Under the pieces are notes generated by a model that saw only the letters and a program-made list of their open reading frames with translations, did not search any database and had not been told where the DNA came from. The translations under genes were made by a program, and so were the position numbers. This document shows positions 10,802-22,101 of a stretch of 64,000 nucleotides of DNA, one piece after another. Position 1 is the first letter of the stretch. Each line of letters begins with the position of its first letter. This DNA comes from an uncultured delta proteobacterium (lineage in GTDB: Bacteria; Myxococcota_A; Polyangia; Polyangiales; B10-G4), in NCBI GenBank assembly GCA_963727445.1, contig CAVSGI010000010.1:1280001-1344000 (forward strand), in the 5' to 3' direction.

Positions 10802-12363
10802 TGAAGTGGCTCGTCCCGATCGCGTGTCTCTGCCTGTTGGCTTTCGGCGCAGGCTGCTCGGCGCGAACGCAGATCATGGTCACCTCCGACACCAACCTGT
10901 CGGTGCCGGGGCAGATCGACGGCATCACCATCGAAGTGACCGGGCCCGACGGCAAGATGGTGACCGCCAACGCCAACGTGAACGCGCTTCCGGCGGTCTT
11001 CGGGGCCTACCACGAGAGCGGGCCCCTCGGTCCGGTCCGCGTGCACGTCGAGGGAACGCTCGGCGGCACCTTCGTCATCGCGCGTGATGCGACCCTGTCC
11101 TTCCAATCCGGTCGCACCGTGGTCCTGCCGATGAATCTCTACGCGGCGTGCCTCACCACGACATGCGCCGCCGGGCAGACGTGTGGCGATGGCGTCTGCC
11201 GGAACGTCGAAGTGGGCAACGCAGAGCTCTCTGACTGGACCGGTACCGCTCCCACCATCGACGGCGGGGCCGACGCCGGCACGGACACCGCGCCCGTCTG
11301 CACGCCTTTGATGGAGGCGTGCAACGGTCGCGACGACGACTGCGACGGCCGGGTCGACGAGAGCTTCGACCGGATCCTCGAGTCGTGTAACGCGCGCGAC
11401 GACGACTGCGACGGGTCGATCGACGAAGACACCGACATGATCCCCGAGGAGTGCAACGGGATGGACGAGGACTGCGACACCCTCGTCGACGAAGGCTTCG
11501 ATGGCATCGCCGAGCTCTGCGACGGGGTCGACCAGGACTGTGACGGCATGGTGGACGAGGGTTTCGACGGCATCGCGGAGATCTGCGACGGCCTCGACCA
11601 GGACTGCGACTCGGTCGTGGACGAAGGCTTCGACCTGATGACGGACCTGATGAACTGCGGCTCCTGCGGCAACGAATGCATGCTCACCAACGCCACCCCG
11701 GTGTGCACCGCGGGCGTCTGCGCCATCGAGAGCTGCGACGGGACGTTCCTCGACTGCGACATGGACGCCACCACCGGCTGCGAAGTCGACTCGGACACCG
11801 ACGACGCCAACTGCGGGATGTGCGGAACGGTTTGCGGCCTGGGCGCGAGCTGCGGAACCGGCGCCTGCGCCTGCACCCCGCCGCTGGTGATGGGTACGTC
11901 GAGCTGCGTGGATCTCGCGCGCGACCCGGAGAACTGCGGCGCGCTGGGCATGGCCTGCGCGGCGACGCAGGCGTGTAGCGGCAGCATCTGCGTGTGCCGT
12001 CCGGGGCTGATGGACGACGGGATGGGCGGTTGCGTGGACGTGGACATCGACCCGCTCAACTGTGGCTCGGTCGGCAACGATTGCGGCGGCAACGTCTGTC
12101 GCGCCGGCACCTGCCGCGCCTCCTGCGGCCCGCTCACCACCTGCGGCGATGCGTGCACTACCGTCACCAGCGACGTCTTCAACTGCGGCGCCTGCGGCAT
12201 CGCATGCGGCGTCAGCCAGGTGTGCTCGAGCAGCATGTGCCGCGACTACGTGGTCGGCGTGGAATGCACGTCGTGTCCGTGCGCCGCCTGCGCGGCCACG
12301 GACACCTGCTGCGAATACCCGACGGCAGGGGACGTGATCTGCGTCGACGGCCCCTGCCCCTGA
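10801..12363 (+). CDS. Cys-rich lipoprotein with MopE-related and myxobacterial cysteine-rich repeats
   Basis: ATG 10801 overlaps the upstream TGA (TGATG); lipobox GAGC; 'CDG.DQDCDG.VDEGF' repeats and 'D..NCG.CG..C' repeats. Confidence 0.82.
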   Translation: MKWLVPIACLCLLAFGAGCSARTQIMVTSDTNLSVPGQIDGITIEVTGPDGKMVTANANVNALPAVFGAYHESGPLGPVRVHVEGTLGGTFVIARDATLSFQSGRTVVLPMNLYAACLTTTCAAGQTCGDGVCRNVEVGNAELSDWTGTAPTIDGGADAGTDTAPVCTPLMEACNGRDDDCDGRVDESFDRILESCNARDDDCDGSIDEDTDMIPEECNGMDEDCDTLVDEGFDGIAELCDGVDQDCDGMVDEGFDGIAEICDGLDQDCDSVVDEGFDLMTDLMNCGSCGNECMLTNATPVCTAGVCAIESCDGTFLDCDMDATTGCEVDSDTDDANCGMCGTVCGLGASCGTGACACTPPLVMGTSSCVDLARDPENCGALGMACAATQACSGSICVCRPGLMDDGMGGCVDVDIDPLNCGSVGNDCGGNVCRAGTCRASCGPLTTCGDACTTVTSDVFNCGACGIACGVSQVCSSSMCRDYVVGVECTSCPCAACAATDTCCEYPTAGDVICVDGPCP

Positions 12364-12375
12364 TCTGACGCGCGC

Positions 12376-13643
12376 TCAGCGGGAGCCGCAGTCGGCGCAG
12401 TCGGTGCCGTAGTCGCAAGCCGCGAACTCCGACCCCGGCCCACCGTCGTCACACACGCCGTCCCCCGCCCAGGAGCAGGTGTTGCTGCATCCGCCCGTAC
12501 CCGTGGGGGTCGGCGAGGGCGCGGGAGCCGGGGCGCTTCCATCGCGCGCCCCGCAGTCCGTGCAGTCGGTGCCATAATCGCAAGCCGCGTACTCGGAGCC
12601 AGGCCCACCGTCGTCACAGAAGCCATCGCCCGCCCACCAGCACGTGTCCGAGCAACCTGCCGCACCCGTGGTGGGTGTCGGGGCCGGGGCAGGCGCCGGG
12701 GCGCTTCCGTCGCGCGCTCCGCAGTCCGTGCAGTCGGTACCGTAGGCGCAGTCGCCATACTCGGCGCCAGGCCCACCGTCGTCGCAGACGCCGTCTGAGG
12801 CCCACTCGCAGGTGTCGGTACACGTGGCGCCCGTCGCACTCGCCGAGTCGGCGGGGGTGTCGGTCGTGGGCGGCGGCGCCGGGGTGTCGGCGGGTGCGGG
12901 AGCCGGCGCGCCGGAGTCGACACCCGAGCGGATGAAGTCGAGGAACACGTCGATACGCGTGTAGTTGCCCATGGTGAGGCAGGTGTCGTCACCCCACGAG
13001 GTGACGCCCGCGAGGTAGAGCGTGCCGCCCACGTCGAAGAAGGCGGGACCACCCGAGTCACCATGGCAGGCCGTGCGCCCGCCGACGGTGTCGTAGCGCC
13101 AGGTCCCGGCGTCGACGGCGGCGACGTTGACCTTCACGTGTCGCTTGATGCCAGCGCCCGTGTTGGCCGGACCGTCGCTCACGCCGTAGCCCACCAGCGT
13201 CATCTCCGCACCCACCGTCACCGCCGACTCGTAGAGCGGCGACGTGGCCCGCGGGACGTCAGTGGCCAGCGTGAGGAGGGCAACGTCGTTCTGGGGAACG
13301 CCGGTCCCGACGTAACTCGGGTGGAGCGTCACGGCGGACACCTCGGTCAGACTCGAGGAAGACGCGTCCGAGCCCTGCCCGAAGCGCACCTCGGCCGGGG
13401 TGATGGTGCGGCCTATTTGATTGACGCAATGCCCGGCGGTCAGCACGGTACGCGCCCCGATCACCGTCCCGGTGCAGAACGGCTGACCGTCCGGTGTCGC
13501 GAGGAAGCCGACCGTCGGGTAGGCCCCCCCGACACGGTGCCGTTGACGATGGCGTGGGTCTTCGTGTCGTTGAAATCCGACTTGCCCCCCACGGCGCAAC
13601 CCGTGAGCCCCATCGCGACGACCAACATGACTGCTTCTCTCAT
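12376..13643 (-). CDS. Trypsin-like (S1) serine protease lipoprotein with three C-terminal Cys-rich repeats; frameshift at the homopolymer 13524-13530
   Basis: The N-terminus MREAVMLVVAMGLTGC...AIVNG is in one frame; TAGHC, NDVALL and GDSGGP are in another. One extra G in the run of seven restores IVNGTVSGGAYPTVG. Confidence 0.88.
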
Positions 13644-13675
13644 TCGTGACCTCCTGCCCTGCCGCCCCGGAGCTG

Positions 13676-13691
13676 TGCAAAGTGCAGGCCG
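13676..13691 (-). promoter_or_regulatory. Putative sigma-54 (-24/-12) promoter for the protease gene
   Basis: Minus strand CGGCCTGCACTTTGCA (GG-N10-GC), about 30 nt upstream of the AGGAGG/ATG. Confidence 0.45.
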
Positions 13692-13852
13692 CCCTTCAAT
13701 CGCCACGAAGCGCCGGGATTAAGAGGGTCGTGGGGACCCATCACCCCGTGATCGGGGAGCAGCCGCTGAGTGCAGGTGACAGGCGAACGCGAGACTCCGT
13801 TGCCGAGGCCGGTTCCGTGGGTCAGTCTGCGCACCCGCACGGGAGGCTACGC

Positions 13853-15080
13853 ATGAGTTCGATTCGGATCGACGGCGACAGGCTTTGGAACAGCCTGATG
13901 GAGATGGCGAAGATCGGCGCGACCGAGAAGGGCGGCGTCTGCCGCCTGGCGCTCACCGACGTCGACAAGGCGGCGCGCGACCTCTTCGTGAAGTGGTGTG
14001 AGGAGGCTGGCTGTGAAGTCACCATCGACCAGATGGGAAACATCTTCGGCCGCCGGCCCGGCAAGAACGCGGACTCGCCTCCGGTCATGACCGGGAGTCA
14101 CATCGACAGCCAGCCCACCGGCGGGAAGTTCGATGGCATCTACGGCGTGCTGTCCGGGCTCGAAGTGATCCGCACCCTGAACGATGCGGGCATCGAGACC
14201 CAGGCCCCCATCGAGGTCTCCGCGTGGACCAACGAAGAGGGCTCACGCTTCGCCCCGGCGATGGTCTCTTCCGGCGTCTTCGCCGGGGTCTTCGATCTCG
14301 AGTACGGGCTCGGCCGAGCCGACCTCGACGGCAAGACCATGGGCGAGGAGCTCGAGCGCATCGGCTATGCGGGTGAGGCGCCGGTCGGCAAGCCCGTAAA
14401 GGCTTTCTTCGAGGCGCACATCGAGCAGGGCCCGATCCTCGAGGCGGAGAAGAAGACGATCGGCGTCGTGACCGATGCGCAGGGTCAGCGCTGGTACGAA
14501 TGCACCTTCACCGGGCAGGAGGCGCACGCCGGCCCGACGCCGATGAGCACGCGCCGCGACGCGCTGGTGGGGACGGCGCGCGTCATTCAGGCCGTCAACG
14601 AGATCGGCCTCGCGAACGCGCCCCTCGCCTGCGCCACCGTCGGTCTGGTTCAGGTGCACCCCAACTCGCGCAACACCATCCCCGGCCGCGTCTTCTTCGC
14701 GATCGATCTTCGTCATCCCGACGACGCGACCCTGTCCGAGATGGACGCCGACCTGCGCAGAGCGGTCGCCGGGGCGGCCGAAGACCTGAAGCTCCAGGCC
14801 GAGCTCGAAGAGATCTGGTATTCGCCGCCGGTGCCGTTCGACCGCGAGTGCGTCGACGCCGTGCGGAGGTCCGCCGAGAAGAACGGCTACGCCCATCGCG
14901 ACATCGTCTCGGGCGCCGGCCACGACGCCTGCTACATCGCGCGCGTCGCGCCGACCGTCGATGGTGTTCATCCCCTGCGAGGACGGCATCAGCCACAACG
15001 AGATCGAGAGCGCCACCAAGGAAGACTGCGCCGCCGGCTGTCAGGTCCTCCTCGAGGCGATGCTCGAACGCGCGGGCTGA
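13853..15080 (+). CDS. Zn-dependent amidohydrolase (allantoate amidohydrolase / N-carbamoyl-amino-acid hydrolase, M20 family); frameshift near 14957
   Basis: GSHIDSQPTGGKFDG, WTNEEGSRF, EAHIEQG, HAG, SGAGHDA. The C-terminus MVFIPCEDGISHNEIE...LERAG* continues in another frame. Confidence 0.9.
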
Positions 15081-15133
15081 CCGGAGCGCTGCACGGGGTT
15101 GCGCCCCGCCCTCAACTGCTCCAGGCAGGCGAC

Positions 15134-15718
15134 GTGAACGACGCACGACGAAAGCTCGCCGCGGACCTGGGCTTGCTGCTCCTCCGCGTGGGGGTCGGCG
15201 GATTCATGCTCTTCGGGCACGGCCTCGAGAAGGTCGCGCGCTACGCCGAGCTCTCCGAGAGCTTCTCCGACCCGCTCGGCGTCGGGGCTCCGACCAGCCT
15301 CGCCCTCGCCGTCTTCGCCGAAGTCGTCTGCGCAGCGCTGGTGATGGCGGGAGCCGCCACACGGGTGGCGATCGTGCCCTTGGTGATCACCATGCTGGTG
15401 GCGGCGCTCATCGTCCACGATGGAGATCCCTGGTCGAAGAAGGAGTTCGCGCTCCTCTACGCCATCCCCTTCGTGACGCTCGGCTTCACCGGCGCGGGAC
15501 GCTTCTCGGTGGACGCGTGGTGGACCAGGCGGCGGGAGCGCCATCGACAATTGATCACTCCGCGGCGGCTTCGCGGGCGACGCTCTTTCGCAGCGCCTCG
15601 ATGGCCCAGAAGATCGCCTCCGGCGTCGAAGGGCAGCCGAGGTCGACCCGCTCCGGTGCCTCGCCGAAGGCGGCCACGGCGTCGCGGATCGCTTCGCGCA
15701 TGCTCAGAGCGAGCATGA
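15134..15718 (+). CDS. DoxX family membrane protein (true 3' end probably near 15555)
   Basis: 'LGLLLLRVGVG..ML.GHG..K', 'AVFAEVVC', 'E.ALLY...FTGAGRFSVD'. The tail overlaps xdhB as assembled. Confidence 0.8.
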   Translation: MNDARRKLAADLGLLLLRVGVGGFMLFGHGLEKVARYAELSESFSDPLGVGAPTSLALAVFAEVVCAALVMAGAATRVAIVPLVITMLVAALIVHDGDPWSKKEFALLYAIPFVTLGFTGAGRFSVDAWWTRRRERHRQLITPRRLRGRRSFAAPRWPRRSPPASKGSRGRPAPVPRRRRPRRRGSLRACSERA

Positions 15719-17880
15719 AGGGAGGCTCGCCCACCGCCTTGCTGCCCTTGATCACCGTGGGCTCGGCCGCTTTGGGGAGCATCTCCACGCGAAAGTCCTC
15801 GGGGCACTCGCCGAGGGTCGGCAGCTTGTAGGTGGACGCGCCGAAGGTGCGCAGAACGCCCGCGTCGTCCCAGACCAGCTCTTCGCTGGTGAGCCACCCG
15901 ACGCCCTGCGCGAAGGCGCCCTCGATCTGGCCGCGGTCCACGAGCGGCGAAACCGAGCTCCCGACGTCGTGCAGGATGTCCACGCGACGGATCTCGAACA
16001 TGCCCGTGAAGCCGTCGACCTCGACCTCGCTCACCGCCGCGCCGTACGCGTAGTAGTGGAACGGCTTGCCGCGTCCAGCGTCGGCGTCGTAGGCGATGTG
16101 CGGCGTCCGGTAATACCCGGCCGCGCTCAGCTGGGTGCGCTCGAGGTAAGCGCGGCGCGTGAGCTCGGAGAAGGCGATGGCATCGCCAGCGCGATCGAAG
16201 GGATAAACGCGACCCTGTTCGAAGACGATGTCCCCCGGCGGCCGCGAGAAGACGCGCCCCGCCACCTCGGCGAGACGCTCGCGCAGCTGGTCGCACGCAT
16301 CCTGTACCGCCGCGCCGTTCAGGTCCGTCCCGGAGGACGCGGCGGTCGCGCTGGTGTTGGGTACCTTGTCGGTCCGCGTCGGCATGAGGCGCACCGCATC
16401 GAGCGGGACTCCGAGCCCATCCGCGGCGATCTGCAGCATCTTGGTGTGCAGGCCCTGACCCATCTCGGTGCCGCCGTGGCTCACCTGCACGCTTCCGTCG
16501 GCGTAGATCAGCACCAGCGCCCCCGCCTGATTGAAGAAGGCGGTGGTGAAGGAGATGCCGAACTTCACGGGGGTGATCGCGAGCCCCCGCTTCCTGTGTG
16601 GGCTCTTCGCGTTGAACGCCTCGACCTCGCGCCGCCGCGTCTCGATGTCGCTGCTCTTCTCGAGGCCGCGCCAGATGCGCTCGATGCGGCCCGCGTCCTT
16701 GATGAGCTGGCCGTAGTGGGCGTGTTGGCCTTCGCGATAGAAGTTCCGCTCGCGCACGATCATCGGATCGATCCCGAGCGTGCGCGCGATGCGGTCGAGG
16801 ACCTCCTCGCAGACCACCATCCCCTGAGGACCGCCGAAGCCGCGGAACGCGGTGTGCGAAGTCGTGTTCGTCTTGCACACGCGCCCCACCACGCGCGCGT
16901 GGGGAAGGTTGTAGGCGTTGTCCACGTGGAACATCGCGCGGAACATCACCGGCTCGCTCAGGTCCAGGCTCCAGCCGCCGTCGGAGTAGAGCTCGATCTC
17001 CACGCCGCGGATTCGCCCGTCGTCGTCGAAGCCAGCTCGGTAGCGCCCGAGGAAGGGATGCCGCTTGCCGGTGAGGATGAAGTCGCGTTGCCGGTCGAGG
17101 CGCACGCGCACGGGGCGTCCGGTGGCGTGCGCGCCGATGGCAGCCATCGCCGCCCACGGATTCGCCTGGACCTCCTTGCCGCCGAAGGCCCCGCCCATGC
17201 GAAGGGACTGACAGGTCACCGCGTTCTTCTCGAGGCCGAGCACCCGCGCGCAGATCTCCTGCGTCTCGCTCGGATGCTGGGTCGAGCTGTGCACGAAGAG
17301 GGCCCCGTCCTCGTCGTAGTAGGCGAGCGCCGCCTGCGTCTCGAGATAGAAGTGCTCCTGCCCGCCGACGTGGAGCTCGCCTTGCACCGATGTGCGCGGC
17401 GTCGGCGATGGCCTCGGCGGGCGTTCCGCGGTGGATCACCAGCGCGTCGGTGTGGAAGCTCTCGGCCTCGATGGCCGCCTCGATCCCCACGATGGGCGCG
17501 AGCTCCCGATACGCGACCTTCACCGCCGCCGCACCCAGCTTCGCGGCCTCGACGCTCTCGGCCAGCACCCAGCACACCGCCTGGCCGTGATAGACGACGA
17601 CCTCCGGAAAGAGCGGCTCGTCGCGGCGCGCCGCGCCCGTGTCGTTCTCTCCCGGCACATCCTCGCGCGTCAGCACCCGCACCACCTCGGGCACCTCGTA
17701 GGCCGCACCGGGATCGATCGTCACCACCTCCGCGTGCGCGTGCGGCGCCATCACCGGCCAGGCGTGGAGCATCCCGTTGTACCGGTCGACCAGGTCGTCG
17801 GTGTACATGGCGGCGCCGGTGACGTGACCGCGCGCGCTCTCGTGGGGGATGGCCTTGCCGACGTTCTTCTCGCTCTTCAT
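15555..17880 (-). CDS. xdhB: Xanthine dehydrogenase molybdopterin-binding subunit; frameshift near 17389
   Basis: PHESARGHVTG, GGQEHFYLE, RMGGAFGGKE, AFRGFGGPQG, GGTEMGQGL, SKAVGEPP. ORFs 15457..17880 and 15555..17387 join on removing one base. Confidence 0.93.
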
Positions 17881-19274
17881 GGCAGGACGCCTCCCATCTG
17901 CGTGTCGGCGTGGAGCTTCATCAGGAGCTGCTCCACCATCGCTCTGCGATACGCGTCACTGCCGCGGTGGTCGGTGATGGGGGTCAGGGTGTTGCGAAGC
18001 ACTGCGCACGCCCTCTGGGCGCTCTTCGCGGTGAAGCGCTCGCCCAGCAGCGCCTTTTCAGCGTCGTGCGCCCGGATGGGCGTCGCCGCGACCCCGCCAT
18101 AAGCCAGCCGGGCCGACGTCACCCGCTCGTCGTCGTCGAGGTCGAGGGCGAAGGCCGCCGCGACGGTGCTGATGTCGTCGAGCACTCGTTTGCTCACCTT
18201 GTAGAAGCGGCCGATCCGCGGGAAAGGCTTGGGGATCCGCACCGCGAGCACCACCTCCCCCTCGGCGAGCCCGGTCTGCCGATACCCGGTGAAAAACCCG
18301 TCGAGAGGCACCACGCGCTCTCCCTTCGCCGACCCCAGGATCAGCTCGGCGCCGAGGGCGAGGAGCGCCGGCGGGCCATCGCCGATGGGAGACGCGTTGA
18401 CCAGGTTGCCGCCGAAGGTGGCGCGGTTGCGAATGAGACGCGACGAGAAGAGCGGGAGCAGCTCGCAGAGCATCGGCACTTGGCCGTCCACGCGCTCCTC
18501 GACCCGACTCAGTGGTACGCCCGCACCGATGATCAACGCTTCGTCCGTCTCGTCCCAGCGGAGGAGCTCGGCCACGCCCTCGAGCGAGACGATGGTCTCG
18601 AAGCGCGAGTCGCGCTGATTCACCTCGACGACCACGTCGGTTCCACCGTTGACGAGCTTGGCGTCGGGCTCCGCCGACAGGATGTCGTAGAGCTCGGAGA
18701 GATTCGCGGGTCGATGGAAGCGACGACTGCCCCCGTTCGTCTTCACCGAGACCAGCGCCTCGGCGCCGGAGGCGAGGCGGGCGGCGAAGCGGTCGCCCTC
18801 CGGCACCGGGCCCATGCTCCGCGCCGCATCGCGAATCGGCCGATAGCCGGTACAGCGGCAGAGGTTTCCGCCCACGGACTCCGGATCGTATCCATCGCGT
18901 CCCGGCCGGTAGTACTCGGCGAAGAGGCTCACCACGAACCCCGGCGTGCAGTAGCCACACTGCGAGCCGCCCTGCTCCACCATCGCCGCCTGCACCGGAT
19001 GCAGCGTCTGTCCCGACGCCATTCCCTCGACGGTCACCAGCTCCTGACCCGCCATCGCCGAGGCCAGCACCAGACAGCTGTTGATGGCTTCGTAGCGCGC
19101 CCCGTCGCCGAGGTCGCGCAGGAGCGCCACCGCACAGGCGCCGCACTCCCCTTCCGCGCATCCCTCCTTCGCGCCGGTGAGGCCGTGCCGGCGAAGAAAC
19201 CACAGCAGGGTCTCGTTGGGATCGACACCTTCGAGGGACAGGATCTCGCCGTTGACCGTGACTGCAGCCGTCAT
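17877..19274 (-). CDS. xdhA: Xanthine dehydrogenase small subunit (2Fe-2S + FAD)
   Basis: KEGCAEGECGAC, QCGYCTPGF, GNLCRCTGY, IRNRATFGGNLVNASPIGD; ATGA overlap with xdhB. Confidence 0.93.
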   Translation of the reverse strand: MTAAVTVNGEILSLEGVDPNETLLWFLRRHGLTGAKEGCAEGECGACAVALLRDLGDGARYEAINSCLVLASAMAGQELVTVEGMASGQTLHPVQAAMVEQGGSQCGYCTPGFVVSLFAEYYRPGRDGYDPESVGGNLCRCTGYRPIRDAARSMGPVPEGDRFAARLASGAEALVSVKTNGGSRRFHRPANLSELYDILSAEPDAKLVNGGTDVVVEVNQRDSRFETIVSLEGVAELLRWDETDEALIIGAGVPLSRVEERVDGQVPMLCELLPLFSSRLIRNRATFGGNLVNASPIGDGPPALLALGAELILGSAKGERVVPLDGFFTGYRQTGLAEGEVVLAVRIPKPFPRIGRFYKVSKRVLDDISTVAAAFALDLDDDERVTSARLAYGGVAATPIRAHDAEKALLGERFTAKSAQRACAVLRNTLTPITDHRGSDAYRRAMVEQLLMKLHADTQMGGVLP

Positions 19275-19295
19275 GCACGAAAATCCTATCGAATC

Positions 19296-19311
19296 AGCGG
19301 CGCTGGTGCCA
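19296..19311 (-). promoter_or_regulatory. Possible sigma-54 promoter upstream of xdhA
   Basis: Minus strand TGGCACCAGCGCCGCT: perfect -24 TGGCAC, GG-N10-GC spacing, weak -12. Confidence 0.3.
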
Positions 19312-19400
19312 CGTTCCCAGCGCCCCCGAGCGCCCTTCACCCCGCCGGTCCGGCCGATCCGGTCTTGTGTTCTGGGACGAGGGCGGTAGGGTTCGCGGCC

Positions 19401-20180
19401 ATGCTGAACAAGACTTTCATGGTGGTGCTCGGGATCGTCGCCAGCCTGGTCGCCGGCTGCACGGCTGAGCTCGAGGAACAGAACGCGGACCTTCGGCGCC
19501 AGCTCGAGGCGCTCCAGTCGGAGCACGACGAGACCCTGGCCCGCCTCACGGAGCTCCAGCAGGAGAACGACCAGATGGTCGCGCGCCTCAACGAGGCCGG
19601 AGCCAACTTCGAGAGCCTCGAGGAGGCACGGAACACCTGCGCCCGTCAGCTCCAAGAAGCACGCGCACGTGAGGCCGCTCAGCAGGCGCGCCTCGCGAGC
19701 TTCCGCCGGGTGATCGAGCAGTTCCGCGCGCTCACCGAGTCCGGTCAGCTCCGTGTGCGCATCGTCCGCGGTCAGATGGTGGTCGAGCTGCCCGAGGGCA
19801 TCCTCTTCGACTCGGCCCGCGCCGACCTCAAGGAGGACGGGGAGGAGACCCTCGAGCAGGTCGCGGGCGTGCTCGCCAGCATCGAGAACCGACGCTTCCT
19901 CATCGCCGGGCACACGGACAACATCCCGATCCGCAGCCGCCGCTTCGCGTCGAACTGGGAGCTCTCCGCCGCGCGCGGCGTGGAGGTCGCCAAGTTCCTC
20001 GCCGAGCACGGCGTCAGCCCCGAGAACCTCGGCGCCGCCGGCTACGCCGACACCCAGCCGCTGAACGACAACTCCACCCCGGAGCTACGCGCGCAGAACC
20101 GCCGCATCGAGATCGTCATCCTGCCGAACCTCGACGAGCTCCCCGACCTGTCGCAGCTCGAGACCGAGCTCGAGGGCTGA
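19401..20180 (+). CDS. OmpA/MotB family lipoprotein with coiled-coil
   Basis: Lipobox VAGC; 'ILFDSARADL', 'IAGHTDNIPI', 'SNWELSAARG', 'QNRRIEI'. Confidence 0.92.
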   Translation: MLNKTFMVVLGIVASLVAGCTAELEEQNADLRRQLEALQSEHDETLARLTELQQENDQMVARLNEAGANFESLEEARNTCARQLQEARAREAAQQARLASFRRVIEQFRALTESGQLRVRIVRGQMVVELPEGILFDSARADLKEDGEETLEQVAGVLASIENRRFLIAGHTDNIPIRSRRFASNWELSAARGVEVAKFLAEHGVSPENLGAAGYADTQPLNDNSTPELRAQNRRIEIVILPNLDELPDLSQLETELEG

Positions 20181-20280
20181 GCGGCCCCACGCTCGCCTGC
20201 GCATCGCGCCCGGAGGCCCTCGGTCTCCGGGCGCAAACGTTTGGTTCGACCGGGTGCGAGTCCTGCGCCATCCTCCGCGC

Positions 20281-21291
20281 ATGAAGAGCGCCCTCTGCCT
20301 GCTCTGCCTCCTCTGCCCGCTGCTCGCGCTCGGCTGCGGCGGTGACGAAACGCCGATGCCGCCCGAGCTCGAGTTCACGGTGGTGACCTTCAACACGGGG
20401 ACCACCGCGTCACTCGCTGATGAGAGCCCCGATGATGGTTGGACCCCCGAGCAGGCGACGATCTCGGACATGTACTACGGGGATGGGCTCGCGTGGGTGC
20501 CCGCGGTGGAGGCGGTCACGCGCTTCTTCGCGGACGCGCAGCCGGAGATCGTCGCCTTTCAGGAGATCTTCTACTCGGGGGAGTGCGAGATGATCCCCGC
20601 GGAGTTCTACCCCTCCTTCGTCTGCGAGACGTGGACGGCTGGAGATCCCACCGTCGCCAACGTCGTCCTCGGCGCCGGCTATCAGGTCGCCTGCAATCTC
20701 GGCAAGCCCGACAAGTGCATCGCCGTTCGGCGCGACTTCGGCACCATCCGCGGCTGCGACTCCGACCTCTGCCTCGATCATCTCGACGGCGCGCGCGTCC
20801 CCGATTGCGGCGGCGGCTCTCGCGTCGGCAGGGCGCGCGTGGACCTGGTAGACGGCGGCACCATCACGGTCGTGGGACTTCAGGGCACGAGCGGCATCAC
20901 CGTCGACGACATGGGCTGCCGCCAGCAGCAGTTCGATCAGGTCTTCGTGGATCTGGGCACCGGCGACGGAGAGCCCGCGGCCAACGGCACGGCCAACATC
21001 ATCATGGGCGACCTCAACACCGACCCGGTCCAGTTCGCAGACGGCGACACGAGCGCCGCCACTTTTTCGCAGTTCGTGGGTGACGGGAAACCCTTCCACT
21101 TCGTGAACGACGTCGGACGAACGGCGACGCCGACCTACGCGCTTTTCATCATCGACAACGTGGTGAGCGACGTCTTCGACGGCCAGTGCGAGGTCCCCGG
21201 CGTCACCGAAGGCGTCCCCGCCGTTCTCGCGGATTCCTACTTCGACCACAAGCCACTGGTCTGCCACGTGGGCGGGGACCGACCGGACTGA
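20281..21291 (+). CDS. Endonuclease/exonuclease/phosphatase family lipoprotein
   Basis: Lipobox ALGC; 'VVTFN', 'IVAFQE', 'IMGDLN', 'IDNV', 'FDHKP'. Confidence 0.8.
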   Translation: MKSALCLLCLLCPLLALGCGGDETPMPPELEFTVVTFNTGTTASLADESPDDGWTPEQATISDMYYGDGLAWVPAVEAVTRFFADAQPEIVAFQEIFYSGECEMIPAEFYPSFVCETWTAGDPTVANVVLGAGYQVACNLGKPDKCIAVRRDFGTIRGCDSDLCLDHLDGARVPDCGGGSRVGRARVDLVDGGTITVVGLQGTSGITVDDMGCRQQQFDQVFVDLGTGDGEPAANGTANIIMGDLNTDPVQFADGDTSAATFSQFVGDGKPFHFVNDVGRTATPTYALFIIDNVVSDVFDGQCEVPGVTEGVPAVLADSYFDHKPLVCHVGGDRPD

Positions 21292-21303
21292 TACACTGGG
21301 AAG

Positions 21304-22100
21304 GTGCGCTTCGCCCTCACCCCGCGGCATGCCTGGCCTCGCTCTCGTTCGGGGCGAGCGTCGCGAGCGCGAACACCTTCATATTGACGGCCGGCGGCTG
21401 CGCGCCACTTCCCGACGTCTCTTGTACGAGTTGTTCGGCTTCGTGCAGCGTCCTCGGGCTGGGCGGGGACGTCACGTGCAACTACCAAGCATTCACCGCG
21501 CTGTGTTGCGATTCGGATGGCGACTGCTCGTACGAAGCCGCTGATGGCACCACGGTCGTAGGCAGCTGCACTCACCTGATGGAAGCCCTGCCGTTGACCG
21601 ATGGCTCGGGCGAGGTAATGGGCGTCTGCGAGTTCCTCGATTCGATGGGCGCAAGCTACTGCGGCTTCACCAGCCCCTCTCAGGTTCTGGCCTGCGCCCC
21701 TCCCATGGGCTTCGACTGGCGTGAGGGCGACTGCGACGGAGATACCGAGCCCAACGGCGCCGACCCCGCGCCTTGCCCGGCGATGACGCTCCTCGACGGG
21801 GGCATCCCCGACGCGGGGGACGCGGGCATCCCCGATGCGGGCGTCCCGGACGCGGGCGCTTCGATGGGCGCCAGGCGACGCGGCCGCGCGATTGGCGACG
21901 CCGGAAGAGGGATGCGAGAGCCGCGGGGACTCCGGCAGGACCCGGCGTGACAGCGGCGAGCGCGACGCGGACGGCGGGGATGCCGGCATGACGGTCTTCC
22001 GGGGAGGCGGAGGCTGCGGCTGTCGTGCGAGTGGCGGCCGGGCTCCCACGCGTCTTGGGGTCTGGCGCTCACCTGGCCGTATCTTCTCTGTGGGCGCCGG
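21304..22100 (+). pseudogene. Cys-rich secreted protein with MYXO-CTERM-like tail, broken by several frameshifts
   Basis: GTG 21304 MRFALT / AACLASLSFGASVASA signal; Cys-rich body; DAG linker; 'FRGGGGCGCRA' in another frame, followed by a scrambled TM/Arg tail. Confidence 0.55.
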
Positions 22101-22101
22101 C

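Noticed and set aside
5340..12830. Periodic repeats as a possible CRISPR array
   Set aside because: Periods are multiples of 3, lie inside ORFs and encode Cys-rich units; there are no unique spacers and no cas genes.
13646..15718. Apparent 690-aa amidohydrolase-DoxX fusion
   Set aside because: Artefact of the frameshift near 14957; the hydrolase's true C-terminus and stop (15080) lie in another frame.
17877..20009. 710-aa XdhA with a long N-terminal extension
   Set aside because: The extension is antisense to the OmpA/MotB gene; XdhA homology begins at ATG 19274.
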